Assembly: GCA_947629985.1 (NCBI GenBank)
Contig: CANRFV010000006.1
Coordinates: forward strand, 29,119-93,118
DNA: 64,000 bases
Direction of reading: 5' to 3'
From: an uncultured Clostridia bacterium
GTDB taxonomy: Bacteria > Bacillota > Clostridia > Christensenellales > CAG-314
Part shown: positions 1 through 9,060 of the stretch, in pieces
Layout of the letters: each line of letters opens with the position of its first letter
Numbering within the stretch: position 1 is the stretch's first letter
Translations under genes and position numbers: made by a program
The notes under the pieces: generated by a model
What the model saw: the letters and a program-made list of their open reading frames with translations, nothing else
Databases searched by the model: none
Told to the model about the DNA's origin: nothing

Positions 1-92
1 CGCGCGTTTATACTCCCCAACAGGTTGCCTGCGATATTTACAATTTGGCAACATGCGGCAAAACGGGGCGCATATTGAAAGAGGTGTAATTT

Positions 93-1061
93 ATGGCTTG
101 GTATTGGATAGCGCTTATTTGCGTTGCGGGGGCGGCATTATTGTACGTTTTGTTGTGCGTAGTGCTTGCCAAAGGCGTACTTAAATCGGCAACCACGCCC
201 GTTGCTCACACTTTGGACGAAGCGCGCGACTTTCAGCGCGAGCAGGAAAACGCCGATTTTTCCGATTACGACAACGCGTGGAACAAGCGCGATTTCGAAG
301 TTAACGGGCTTAGCGGAACGTTACGCGGCGAAGTTATATTCAACCCCGCGCACAATGCGCGCAACAAGGTTGTAATTATTTGCCACGGGCACACCTGGAA
401 CAGAATAAACTCCGTAAAATACGCGCAAATATTTTACGACTTGGGTTACAACGTAATTATTTACGATCACGCCTATTTCGGCTTGTCCGACGGCAAATTT
501 ACCACCTTGGGCGACCGCGAACGCCGCGATTTGAGCAATGTGGTAGATTACGCGCGCCAAACGTTCGGCGACGACGCAATAGTGGGCTTGCACGGCGAAA
601 GTATGGGCGCGGTAACGGTTTTGTGCGAATTGGGCGTGCGTTCGGACATCGATTTTGTAATTGCCGACTGCGCATTTTCCGATACGGTAAAGTATTACCG
701 CCAACTGTGCGTAAAGGTAACGCATTTGCCCGGTTTTCCCATTGTAGATATTGCCAACGCAATGTCCAAACGCAAGTTCGGCTACAACTTTTACGCCGTC
801 GCCCCCATCAAAGACGTACGTTCTTCCTCCGCGCCCGTGTGCTTTATTCACGGAGCGAGCGACAAATTTATTCGTCCGCAGCACAGCAAGGATATGTATG
901 CGGCAAGCGGCAATCCGCTGTCCGAACTGCACTTGTTCCAACACGCCGGGCACGCGCGCAGTTATCACGCGGACAAGACGCGCTACGCGCAAATCATTTC
1001 CGAGTTTACTTCCAAGGTGGAAGGCTCGCTTGAAAGCACCGCAAATATTGCGCGCAAGTAG
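93..1061 (+). CDS. membrane-anchored alpha/beta-fold serine hydrolase
   Basis: 322-aa ORF behind an AGAGGTG RBS. N-terminal hydrophobic helix (WYWIALICVAGAALLYVLLCVVL). Nucleophile elbow G-E-S-M-G; later IHGASD and HAGH fit a Ser-Asp-His triad. Confidence 0.75.
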   Translation: MAWYWIALICVAGAALLYVLLCVVLAKGVLKSATTPVAHTLDEARDFQREQENADFSDYDNAWNKRDFEVNGLSGTLRGEVIFNPAHNARNKVVIICHGHTWNRINSVKYAQIFYDLGYNVIIYDHAYFGLSDGKFTTLGDRERRDLSNVVDYARQTFGDDAIVGLHGESMGAVTVLCELGVRSDIDFVIADCAFSDTVKYYRQLCVKVTHLPGFPIVDIANAMSKRKFGYNFYAVAPIKDVRSSSAPVCFIHGASDKFIRPQHSKDMYAASGNPLSELHLFQHAGHARSYHADKTRYAQIISEFTSKVEGSLESTANIARK

Positions 1062-1069
1062 GCAAATAT

Positions 1070-1159
1070 ATGCGGTTGCGCGTAACTTAACGGTTGCGGC
1101 GGCACAAACGAGAAGCGACTTATGCCCGCCGACACATGCGGTTGCGCGTAATTTAACGG
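1070..1159 (+). repeat. pair of 24-nt direct repeats (ATGCGGTTGCGCGTAAYTTAACGG) 66 nt apart, upstream of pepF
   Basis: Copies at 1070-1093 and 1136-1159 differ at one position (C/T). Confidence 0.8.
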
Positions 1160-1265
1160 CGTTTTTGGCAACTTTAACGCCTTGACGTTTGTTACGGAAC
1201 GCTTTTTATTGCTAAAAATCTTAAACCGTGCTAAAATAGAACCAACAAATCAAGGAGAAAATTTT

Positions 1266-2942
1266 ATGGTAAAAATTTCCGAAATCAAGTATGTCCGTCC
1301 CGATAAGGACGAAGTTTTGGCAAAATTGGCAGATTTCAAACGCCGTTTCGAAAGCGCGCAAACAATAGAGGAATTTTACGCCGTACACGACGAATACAAA
1401 CAGTACGACGAGCAGATGGGCACAAATATTCGCATCGCGTTTATTCGCTTTACGCAGGATACGCGCGATGAATTTTACGCCGCCGAGCAGGATTATCTTG
1501 ACGAGATCGGTCCCGAAATATCCGTTGCAAGCGCGGCAATATGCAATTGTTACCTTACAAGCAAGTTCCGCAAGCAGTTGGAAGAACGTTTCCCCAAGGT
1601 TATGTTTACCAATTTGCAAATGGCGGTGGACGCCAACGATCCGCGCATAGTAAACGAGCGCGTGGAAGAAAACAAACTTACAACGGCGTACACCAAGTTG
1701 ATGAGTACCATCGTAATAGATTTCAACGGAGAAAAGTTGCCTATGAGCGGTATTCGCAAGTATTTTACCGACGGCGATCGCCAATTGCGCAAGGCGGCGT
1801 ATATGGCGTTCGGTCAGGCAATAGAGGACAACAAACGGCAACTTGACGAACTGTACGATCAACTTGTAGATGTGCGCACTCGTATGGGACGCAAATTGGG
1901 CTACGATAACTTTTCGCCGCTGGGATATCTTCAAATGCAGCGTAATTGCTACACAAAGGAAGATATTGCCAAGTTCCGCGCCAACGTGCTTAAATATCTG
2001 GTTCCGCTTGTGTGCAAGATCCGCAAAAAGGTGGGAGAAAATCTCGGCATAGACAAGCAATACATTTACGACGACGCGGTATTTACCAAGGAAGAACCCA
2101 AACCGATAGGCACGCCCGAGCAGATATTTGCCAACGCGTCGCAAATGTACAATCAAATGTCGCCCGAAACGGGCAAACTGTTCGACACAATGGTGGAGAG
2201 CGAGTGCTTTGACGTTATGTCGCGCGAAGGCAAGTGGGGCGGCGGTTATTGCGAAGGTCTGCCCGCTTACAAATTGCCCTTTATTTTGTCCAATTGGAAC
2301 GGTTCGGCAGGCGATATCGACGTTCTCACGCACGAATTCGGTCATGCGTTGGAGTTTTACAAGTCGTTCTTTATCGAAAGCGAATTTTTGTCGAGCATAT
2401 CTATGGAAACGGCGGAAGTTCACTCTATGTCGATGGAATTTTTGGCATATCCGTGGCTGGACAAATTTTTCGGAGACAAAACCGAAGAGTACAAGTTTTA
2501 TCACATAGGCGGCGCGGTAAGTTTTATTCCCTACGGCACGATAGTGGACTACTTCCAGCAAACCTGCTACGACAATCCCGATATGACGCCAGCACAACGC
2601 AACGAATTTTACAATTCGATAGAAAAGCAATTTTTGCCTTATATGACCACCGAAGGCGTGCCCGCAATACAGGACGGTCGCCGTTGGCAACGTCAGGCGC
2701 ACATATTCGAAAGCCCGTTTTACTACATAGATTACTGTTTTGCGCAGTTTACGGCGTTGCAATTTTTGGCGCTGTCGCAACAGGATTACAAGGCGGCTTT
2801 CGACAAATATATCAAGTTTCTCGATTACGGCGGCACCAAGACCTTTACCGAACTGTTGGACGCTTGCGGCTTGCTTTCGCCGTTTGAAGAAGAAAGTTTC
2901 AAGTTGGTAGTTGCGTCCTGCGAAAAAATACTCAAACTGTAA
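1266..2942 (+). CDS. pepF: M3-family oligoendopeptidase F
   Basis: HEFGH zinc motif (LTHEFGHALEF) and about 560 aa length typical of PepF. Start trimmed from ORF 1182 to ATG 1266, which sits behind AAGGAG. Confidence 0.85.
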   Translation: MVKISEIKYVRPDKDEVLAKLADFKRRFESAQTIEEFYAVHDEYKQYDEQMGTNIRIAFIRFTQDTRDEFYAAEQDYLDEIGPEISVASAAICNCYLTSKFRKQLEERFPKVMFTNLQMAVDANDPRIVNERVEENKLTTAYTKLMSTIVIDFNGEKLPMSGIRKYFTDGDRQLRKAAYMAFGQAIEDNKRQLDELYDQLVDVRTRMGRKLGYDNFSPLGYLQMQRNCYTKEDIAKFRANVLKYLVPLVCKIRKKVGENLGIDKQYIYDDAVFTKEEPKPIGTPEQIFANASQMYNQMSPETGKLFDTMVESECFDVMSREGKWGGGYCEGLPAYKLPFILSNWNGSAGDIDVLTHEFGHALEFYKSFFIESEFLSSISMETAEVHSMSMEFLAYPWLDKFFGDKTEEYKFYHIGGAVSFIPYGTIVDYFQQTCYDNPDMTPAQRNEFYNSIEKQFLPYMTTEGVPAIQDGRRWQRQAHIFESPFYYIDYCFAQFTALQFLALSQQDYKAAFDKYIKFLDYGGTKTFTELLDACGLLSPFEEESFKLVVASCEKILKL

Positions 2943-2948
2943 CGCATT

Positions 2949-3060
2949 GTTCGCTTGCGCGAACAGTGATAGTGTTTACTTCGTAAACAGTGTTATTCGC
3001 CTGCGGCGAGTGTTATTTTTCCGCTTTCAGCGGAAAAGTGTCATTTTGCCTGACGGCAAA
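2949..3060. repeat. left arm of a mirrored array of short hairpins punctuated by AGTG
   Basis: Five hairpins: GTTCGC-TTGC-GCGAAC, TTTAC-TTC-GTAAA, TCGCC-TGC-GGCGA, TTTTCCGCT-TTC-AGCGGAAAA, TTGCC-TGAC-GGCAA. They are separated by AGTG(T)TAT-like spacers. Confidence 0.8.
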
Positions 3061-3085
3061 GTTAAGGTTGACATTATTTGAAAAT

Positions 3086-3128
3086 AAATATTGCCGAAAG
3101 AGATTTTCCTTCGGCAATTATTTTTTTA
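3086..3128. terminator. bidirectional intrinsic terminator between convergent pepF and the 3346-3792 gene
   Basis: ATTGCCGAA..TTCGGCAAT stem flanked by an A-run upstream and TTATTTTTTTATT downstream. The 18-nt AAATAAATATTGCCGAAA is identical to 11346-11363. Confidence 0.8.
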
Positions 3129-3160
3129 TTGCATAAACTGTTCAAATAAACAACGCCACA

Positions 3161-3357
3161 ATTATTCGCGACAGCGAATAATCTCACTGTTTGCGCAGCA
3201 AACAATTTCACTATTCGCGACAGCGAATAATCTCACTTTTCCGCTGAAAGCGGAAAAATCTCACTTTTTCGCCGCAGGCGAAAAAATAACACTTTGCAGT
3301 AAGGCAAGCATTTGCCTTACTGCAAAATAACACTGCCGCAGGCAGTTAGCGAACACT
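3161..3357. repeat. right arm of the mirrored hairpin array; seven hairpin units each ending in CACT
   Basis: Units end in CTCACT, TTTCACT, CTCACT, TCTCACT, TAACACT, TAACACT, GAACACT. A 25-nt perfect direct repeat lies at 3164-3188 and 3213-3237. The hairpin at 3237-3257 is the exact reverse complement of 3017-3037. Confidence 0.85.
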
Positions 3358-3792
3358 CTGCGCAGTCAAACGCATGCCGCCTGTACTTCCGGGCAAAACA
3401 AATTTGGGCGCGGGGCGGTGATGCATCACATCGTCTACGATTTTCGCAATGGCGTTTTCGCGTTGCGTTTCGTCCAAATTTGCAAGATTTTCAATTTGTT
3501 TCATAACTTTGGGGTTGCGCGTAACAAATACGTTGTCCACTTGGTAATCGGTCTTTATTTTGGCGGAAATTTCGTCCAAAAACTCGGTATATTGACTTTT
3601 CGTGGTAAACTTTTCGGTTTTTATCGCTATTACGCAGCAACGTTGATACACAATGCACTTTGCGTCGATAACTTTTTCGTTTTGTTTTACAAATTGACAT
3701 ATTTCGTCCTCACAGGTCTGCGCAAATACTACCTGTCCTATTGTCAGCGCCAACGTCGCCGCAATCAACAAACACAATACAATTTTTTTCAT
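3346..3792 (-). CDS. secreted protein, tentatively YhcN/YlaJ-like sporulation lipoprotein family
   Basis: 148 aa. Signal-peptide-like N-terminus (MKKIVLCLLIAATLALTIG). The core IDAKCIVYQRCCVIAIKTEKF...VDNVFVTRNPKVMKQIENL resembles the YhcN/YlaJ pattern. No canonical lipobox. The last codons lie inside the repeat array. Confidence 0.5.
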   Translation of the reverse strand: MKKIVLCLLIAATLALTIGQVVFAQTCEDEICQFVKQNEKVIDAKCIVYQRCCVIAIKTEKFTTKSQYTEFLDEISAKIKTDYQVDNVFVTRNPKVMKQIENLANLDETQRENAIAKIVDDVMHHRPAPKFVLPGSTGGMRLTAQSVR

Positions 3793-3946
3793 ATTGCCTC
3801 CTTTTTGAAGTTAGTATTTGCATTATTTTGCGTTTTATTACTTGCGTACGGCTCTGCCAAAAATGCGGATAATGTTGCAAAAAACGCATATTTTTTGCAC
3901 GGGCGCGGTGGTACTATTACAGCGTTACTGTGTGGAGGAATGTATT

Positions 3947-4123
3947 ATGCAAGCCGTTTTACCCGTAATAATAATCTGTTCGGTGGGCATAGGCGGATGC
4001 GTCGCGTATATCGCGGCGCTTGCCGTAGTCGCCTTGCGCAAAAAAACTCGCTCGGGCAACCGTCGCCGTTTTGAAATAGACGAAAACAGCATTACCGTAC
4101 AACTCGGCAAACGCAACAAATAG
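3947..4123 (+). CDS. small single-pass membrane protein (58 aa), function unknown
   Basis: ATG 3947 behind GGAGGA. Hydrophobic MQAVLPVIIICSVGIGGCVAYIAALAVVAL followed by a basic tail. Confidence 0.45.
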   Translation: MQAVLPVIIICSVGIGGCVAYIAALAVVALRKKTRSGNRRRFEIDENSITVQLGKRNK

Positions 4124-4339
4124 CGCGTCGTTTTGGTGCGTAAGCGATTTTTGACGCCGCGCGGAGTTTTCTGTCGTGCTGCGGAGCGCGGTTTTGAGAC
4201 GCAAAATTGTCGTATTCGGGGCATTTTTACGCGTAATCACGCAAAAAATCGGGGCAATTATTGCAAAACCGTATTGATTTACCCGCGGCAATATGGTAAA
4301 ATCAACTATATCCCATTTTACAATTTCGGAGGAATTTTT

Positions 4340-4990
4340 ATGCAAAAACAACAAATAGCCAAACTTATCGACCACACGTTGCTTAAACCCGCAACCAAAG
4401 CGCAAATCGTCAAACTCTGCGACGAAGCCAAGCAGTACGGCTTTGCGTCGGTATGCGTAAATCCCTGCCACATCAAGTTGGCGGCAAAGCAACTTGCGGG
4501 CAGTTCCGTCAAAGTTTGCACCGTAATAGGTTTTCCTTTGGGAGAAAACACCGTTCAGACCAAAGTTTTCGAAACCAAAAACGCCATCAAACTCGGCGCA
4601 ACGGAAATAGATATGGTAATCAACCAATCGTTGGCAAAGTCCAACGCGTTCAAGCAAATAGAAAAAGAAGTTGCCGCGGTAAAAAAGGCGTGCAAAGATA
4701 TATTGCTCAAAGTTATTTTGGAAACGTGCAACCTGAGCGACAGACAGATAGTTGCGGCATGCAACGCTTGTATTGCAGGCGGCGCGCAATTCGTCAAGAC
4801 CAGCACGGGCTTCGGCAAGGGCGGCGCAACCGTCGGCGCGGTACGCCTTATGGCGGAGACGGTACATTCGCACGGGCTTAAAGTAAAAGCCAGCGGCGGC
4901 ATACACAATTACGACGAAGCCGTTGCCATGGTGCAGGCGGGCGCGGATCGTATCGGCGCAAGTTGCGGCGTGGAAATTTGCAAAGAGTAA
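4340..4990 (+). CDS. deoC: deoxyribose-phosphate aldolase
   Basis: IDHTLLKP, FASVCVNP and Schiff-base lysine context FVKTSTGF. Start trimmed to ATG 4340 behind GGAGGA. Confidence 0.9.
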   Translation: MQKQQIAKLIDHTLLKPATKAQIVKLCDEAKQYGFASVCVNPCHIKLAAKQLAGSSVKVCTVIGFPLGENTVQTKVFETKNAIKLGATEIDMVINQSLAKSNAFKQIEKEVAAVKKACKDILLKVILETCNLSDRQIVAACNACIAGGAQFVKTSTGFGKGGATVGAVRLMAETVHSHGLKVKASGGIHNYDEAVAMVQAGADRIGASCGVEICKE

Positions 4991-5021
4991 TCTTGAACAC
5001 AACAAATATAGTATTTTGCAC

Positions 5022-5056
5022 TGCGGCGATAGCATTTATCGCCGCATATTTTTTTG
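5022..5056 (+). terminator. intrinsic terminator after deoC
   Basis: TGCGGCGATA-GCATT-TATCGCCGCA followed by TATTTTTTT. Confidence 0.8.
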
Positions 5057-5116
5057 CGTGATAATTCCGCGCGCAAACTTTTTTGTGCGGAAAATATATT
5101 ATTCTATTCTTAAATG

Positions 5117-5145
5117 TTTACTTTTGTCGGCTTGTATGATATAAT
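5117..5145 (+). promoter_or_regulatory. sigma-A-type promoter of the rnf operon
   Basis: TTTACT, 17-nt spacer, TGaTATAAT (extended -10), about 55 nt upstream of rnfC. Confidence 0.6.
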
Positions 5146-5201
5146 CTATGATGTATGGCGTAAAACACCTACTTTAATTTATACGAGGAGTAATCGCATT
5201 T

Positions 5202-6527
5202 ATGAAAACATTCAAAGGTGGTTTCCACATGCCCGACAACAAAGCGTTGACTGCGGACATAAGCGTAGAAGCAATGCCGCTTGTGCCCGATTATTACGTG
5301 TCGTTGTCGCAGCATATCGGCAAACCCGCACAGCCCGTCGTAAACGCGGGAGACGAAGTGGTCGAAGGTCAACTCATCGCCAAAGCGTCGTCCTTTGTTT
5401 CGGCAAATATCCATTCGCCCGTATGCGGCGAGATCGTCGGCGTGGAAAAGCGTAAAAATGCCCAAGGCGTTACCGTTGATACGATACACATCAAGTCCAA
5501 CGGCAAGCAGGACAAAGTTACCTTGCCGCCGCTAAGCGACCCCACGGCACAGCAGATAGTGGAGCGCGTTGCCGAAGCAGGCATTGTCGGCTTGGGCGGA
5601 GCGGGATTTCCTACGGCGGTAAAACTGCAACCGCAAGACCCCGTAGATACGCTTATTATCAACGCTGCGGAGTGCGAACCCTATCTCAACTGCGACAATC
5701 GTTTGATGATAGAGCGCACAGACGAATTTCTTGCGGGCGTCCGTTTGCTTGCCAAGGCAATAGGCGTAACCGATATTTACATCGGTATCGAAGCCAACAA
5801 GCCCCAAGCGTACCAAGCGCTGTTGGCGCGTTCGGGCGTAATAGGCAACTCCAAGCAGGAATTGCAAAACAAACAGCCCGGCGACATTGTTGTGGTATTG
5901 CTCAAAACAAAATACCCGCAAGGCGCGGAAAAGACGCTGATCAAAGCGTGCGTCAACCGCGAAGTGCCCGTTGGCGGATTGCCTGCCGCGGTAGGTTGCA
6001 TTGTAGACAACGTTGCAACTGCGTACGCCGTTTGGGACGCGGTAGTAAACGGCAGACCGCTTACTCGCCGTATTATGACGGTTTCGGGCAGGGGAATACA
6101 AACCCCCAAAAATCTCGAAGTGGCAATAGGCACGCCCGTAGGCACGATAGTGGAATTTTGCGGCGGAATAGCCGACAACACCGTCAAGATAGTATCGGGC
6201 GGACCTATGATGGGATTTTCGCTGTCCGATACCGATTTGTGTACTACCAAGACGGACAGCGGACTGTTGGCGCTTACCGACAAGGAAGCGAGTACGGTGT
6301 TGCCCACGCCCTGTATCAATTGCGGACGTTGCGCAAGCGTGTGCCCGATGAAATTGATGCCTATGTACATCGATTTTTACGCAACTTGCGGCGATACCGA
6401 CAACGCGGTAAAGTACGGGGCGCTAAATTGCTTCGAATGCGGTACGTGCGCGTACGTATGCCCCGCCAAACGTCCCATTGTACAAAGCGTTCGTCTTACC
6501 AAAATGAAAATGAAGGAGAAAAAATAA
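5202..6527 (+). CDS. rnfC: Rnf electron-transport complex subunit C
   Basis: GLGGAGFPT nucleotide-binding motif. Two ferredoxin motifs (CINCGRCASVCP, CFECGTCAYVCP). First gene of the C-D-G-E-A-B order. Confidence 0.93.
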   Translation: MKTFKGGFHMPDNKALTADISVEAMPLVPDYYVSLSQHIGKPAQPVVNAGDEVVEGQLIAKASSFVSANIHSPVCGEIVGVEKRKNAQGVTVDTIHIKSNGKQDKVTLPPLSDPTAQQIVERVAEAGIVGLGGAGFPTAVKLQPQDPVDTLIINAAECEPYLNCDNRLMIERTDEFLAGVRLLAKAIGVTDIYIGIEANKPQAYQALLARSGVIGNSKQELQNKQPGDIVVVLLKTKYPQGAEKTLIKACVNREVPVGGLPAAVGCIVDNVATAYAVWDAVVNGRPLTRRIMTVSGRGIQTPKNLEVAIGTPVGTIVEFCGGIADNTVKIVSGGPMMGFSLSDTDLCTTKTDSGLLALTDKEASTVLPTPCINCGRCASVCPMKLMPMYIDFYATCGDTDNAVKYGALNCFECGTCAYVCPAKRPIVQSVRLTKMKMKEKK

Positions 6528-6528
6528 T

Positions 6529-7698
6529 ATGGCTCAATACGTATATTCAAGTTCTCCGCACATAAAATCCCCGCGTACAACGCGTCGCATAATGATAGAC
6601 GTATGTATAGCGCTGTTGCCCGCCTGCATTGCCGGTTGCGTACTTATGTTTTTGGCAAACCCCGCGTACCCCGATTTGGGTTGGTATTCGGTAATGCATT
6701 TGGCAATATGCTGTTTGTCGGCGGTTGCTGCGGAATTTGTATTTTTGCTTTGTTGCAAAAAATCGTTCAAACAAATATTGCAACAATTCGACTTTACTTC
6801 GCTGGTTACAGGGTTGCTTATCGGTATGAACCTGTATCCCACGTCCAAGTGGTACGTAGGCATATTGGCAAGCGTATTTGCCATTGTGGTTGTAAAGATG
6901 TTGTTCGGCGGCACGGGCAAAAACGTCGTAAACCCCGCAATTGCCGGCAGAATATTCGCATTTATTTCGTTTGGCGCGGCATTCGGCGGAGCAATGAATT
7001 TTGTCAATCCCGACCCCGAGGCAAATTTGGCTGCTATAACGGTCAACAGTCCGCTTTCGGGCGGCACCTGCGCGGGCGCAACTCCGCTAAAAGCCCTGTT
7101 TGACAGTCAAACGACAAGCACGCTTACCAATCTCGATTTGTTTTTGGGTACGGGCGTTGCCGGTTGTATCGGCGAAACGTGCAAACTTGCGCTGATAGTG
7201 GGCGGCATTTATCTTGTTGTTCGCGGCGTACTCAACTTCCGTTGGCCGTTGGTATACATAGCGACTACGGGCGTTGTTGCGGTGCTTATCGCTTGGATCC
7301 AAGGCTGTTACAATTCCGACGGCGTGTTCGTTTCGCAACTGCTCGGCGTCAAATTCGGCGAAGCGCTCAACACGTTTTTGCCTACGATACTCAGCGGCGG
7401 ACTTATTCTCGGCGCGATATTTATGGCAACCGATTACGTAACCACCCCCAACACCAAGTTGGGCAACTATATTTACTTTGTATGTCTCGGCGTGCTTACG
7501 GCGGTTTTGCGCGCGGCACTCAAAGGCGAAGCGGTTTCGTTTGCAATACTTCTTATGAATTTGCTTGTTCCGCTGTTCGATCTGTACATTCGCCGCAAAC
7601 CTTTCGGTTATGTAAAACCCGAAAAAAAGCGCAAAGAACGTAAAGTTGTAAACCAACCTGCCGCAGACGAAAAAGTAATTGCAAAGGAGGGCGAATAA
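6529..7698 (+). CDS. rnfD: Rnf complex subunit D
   Basis: Polytopic membrane protein with the conserved FMATDYVTTP segment. Starts 2 nt after the rnfC stop. Confidence 0.92.
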   Translation: MAQYVYSSSPHIKSPRTTRRIMIDVCIALLPACIAGCVLMFLANPAYPDLGWYSVMHLAICCLSAVAAEFVFLLCCKKSFKQILQQFDFTSLVTGLLIGMNLYPTSKWYVGILASVFAIVVVKMLFGGTGKNVVNPAIAGRIFAFISFGAAFGGAMNFVNPDPEANLAAITVNSPLSGGTCAGATPLKALFDSQTTSTLTNLDLFLGTGVAGCIGETCKLALIVGGIYLVVRGVLNFRWPLVYIATTGVVAVLIAWIQGCYNSDGVFVSQLLGVKFGEALNTFLPTILSGGLILGAIFMATDYVTTPNTKLGNYIYFVCLGVLTAVLRAALKGEAVSFAILLMNLLVPLFDLYIRRKPFGYVKPEKKRKERKVVNQPAADEKVIAKEGE

Positions 7699-7699
7699 T

Positions 7700-9046
7700 A
7701 TGTCTGAAAAAACAAAAAAGCCCGCTAATCCCGCAGTAGTGCAGACGGTAAAAACCATTGCGGTACTTGTAGTGATCTGCTTGGTATGCGTAGCGTTGCT
7801 GGCTTTGTGCAACGATTTGCTGTACGTAAGCGAAGAAGAACAGTTTAACCGCGCCATGGACAAAATTTACAAAGATTACGGCGGCGGAGACGAAGAATTT
7901 AACAGCACTTTCACGGTAGGAGAAGGCGCCGAAAACGAATTCGGCAAAATTTCCGAAGTTTACAAAGCCAAAGGCGACGCCTACGTTATCGTTGCAGAAG
8001 GCGGCGGCGGTTACAAGGGTTCGGTTTCCGTGTACGTAGTTGTGGGTAAAACCGACGGCTCGGACAACGTTGTCGTTATCGCTTGGCTGGTCAAAGACTC
8101 CGGCGGCGAAACGTTGATGAGCAACATTACCGACAAACAACGCAACAGTTGGTATGTCGGCAAAAGCATAACCGATTACGCAAGCGCGGATTTCGACGTT
8201 TCCAACAACAAGGTGGCGGGAACAACGCTTACCAGCACGGCAATCAACAACGCCGTCAAGGCGGCTTGCGTGTACGGTATTAACGTACTCAAATTGGTAA
8301 GCACCCCCGAAAGCGAAGCGCGCGACGCGGTTGTTGCGTTGTTGGGCAAAGATTACGAAGGTTACGAGTTCAAGTCCGTATCCGACGGTACGCAATTCGA
8401 CGAATACAAAGTGGGCGACAGCACATTGTCATTCTACTTTGAAGGTACCAAGGACGGAGCGGATCCCATTGCCGCTTACGTATACGGACAGGATGAAAAT
8501 CGTCAAATAGTTGTTGTGAAAAACGGTCTTACTCACGCCGAATTGCTTGCGGCGGACGTAGTTGCCAAGAGCGACAACGCAACCGACGAAATCGTAAACA
8601 AAGTAAAGAGTTTAAGTTACTTCGAATACACTGTTCACACTTACGGCGCGCCCGAATTTACATTTGACGGCAAAGCGGAAATAGACCCCGCAGTCGGCAC
8701 GGGCGACAAGGGTACGGTAGACGCCGTTTACACATCGGCAGACGGTACATTGGTAATTACCGCAACGGGTAACGGCGGTTACAGCGGCGGCACGGTAACG
8801 ATAAACGTTGTTATTTCCAATGGCACAATTGCCGGTTGGTATATCGTTTCCAACGACAAACAATCGTTCTTGCCCAATATCGAAGCCGTTTGGGATACCC
8901 AAGCGAAAGATTGGTACGTAGACAGTCCCATCGACAAGGATATCGCTCTCGGCAACAACAAAGTAGCCGGCACATCGATGAGCAGTACGGCAATCAACAA
9001 CGCCGTCAATATGGCTTGCGCATACGCAAGAAGCCTTGCGCAGTAA
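7700..9046 (+). CDS. rnfG: Rnf complex subunit G with two tandem FMN-binding domains
   Basis: N-terminal TM helix. Two copies of an FMN_bind-like module end in NNKVAGTTLTSTAINNAVKAAC and NNKVAGTSMSSTAINNAVNMAC. ATG 7700 behind AAGGAGG. Confidence 0.85.
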   Translation: MSEKTKKPANPAVVQTVKTIAVLVVICLVCVALLALCNDLLYVSEEEQFNRAMDKIYKDYGGGDEEFNSTFTVGEGAENEFGKISEVYKAKGDAYVIVAEGGGGYKGSVSVYVVVGKTDGSDNVVVIAWLVKDSGGETLMSNITDKQRNSWYVGKSITDYASADFDVSNNKVAGTTLTSTAINNAVKAACVYGINVLKLVSTPESEARDAVVALLGKDYEGYEFKSVSDGTQFDEYKVGDSTLSFYFEGTKDGADPIAAYVYGQDENRQIVVVKNGLTHAELLAADVVAKSDNATDEIVNKVKSLSYFEYTVHTYGAPEFTFDGKAEIDPAVGTGDKGTVDAVYTSADGTLVITATGNGGYSGGTVTINVVISNGTIAGWYIVSNDKQSFLPNIEAVWDTQAKDWYVDSPIDKDIALGNNKVAGTSMSSTAINNAVNMACAYARSLAQ

Positions 9047-9060
9047 GGAGGGCATAAATT

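Noticed and set aside
2949-3357. Possible CRISPR array, given the regularly spaced short palindromic units. The 11388-11586 repeats raised the same question.
   Set aside because: The units vary in length (24-45 nt). The hairpins themselves differ in sequence and there are no constant repeats separated by unique spacers. The array is mirrored around a terminator and no cas genes are present.
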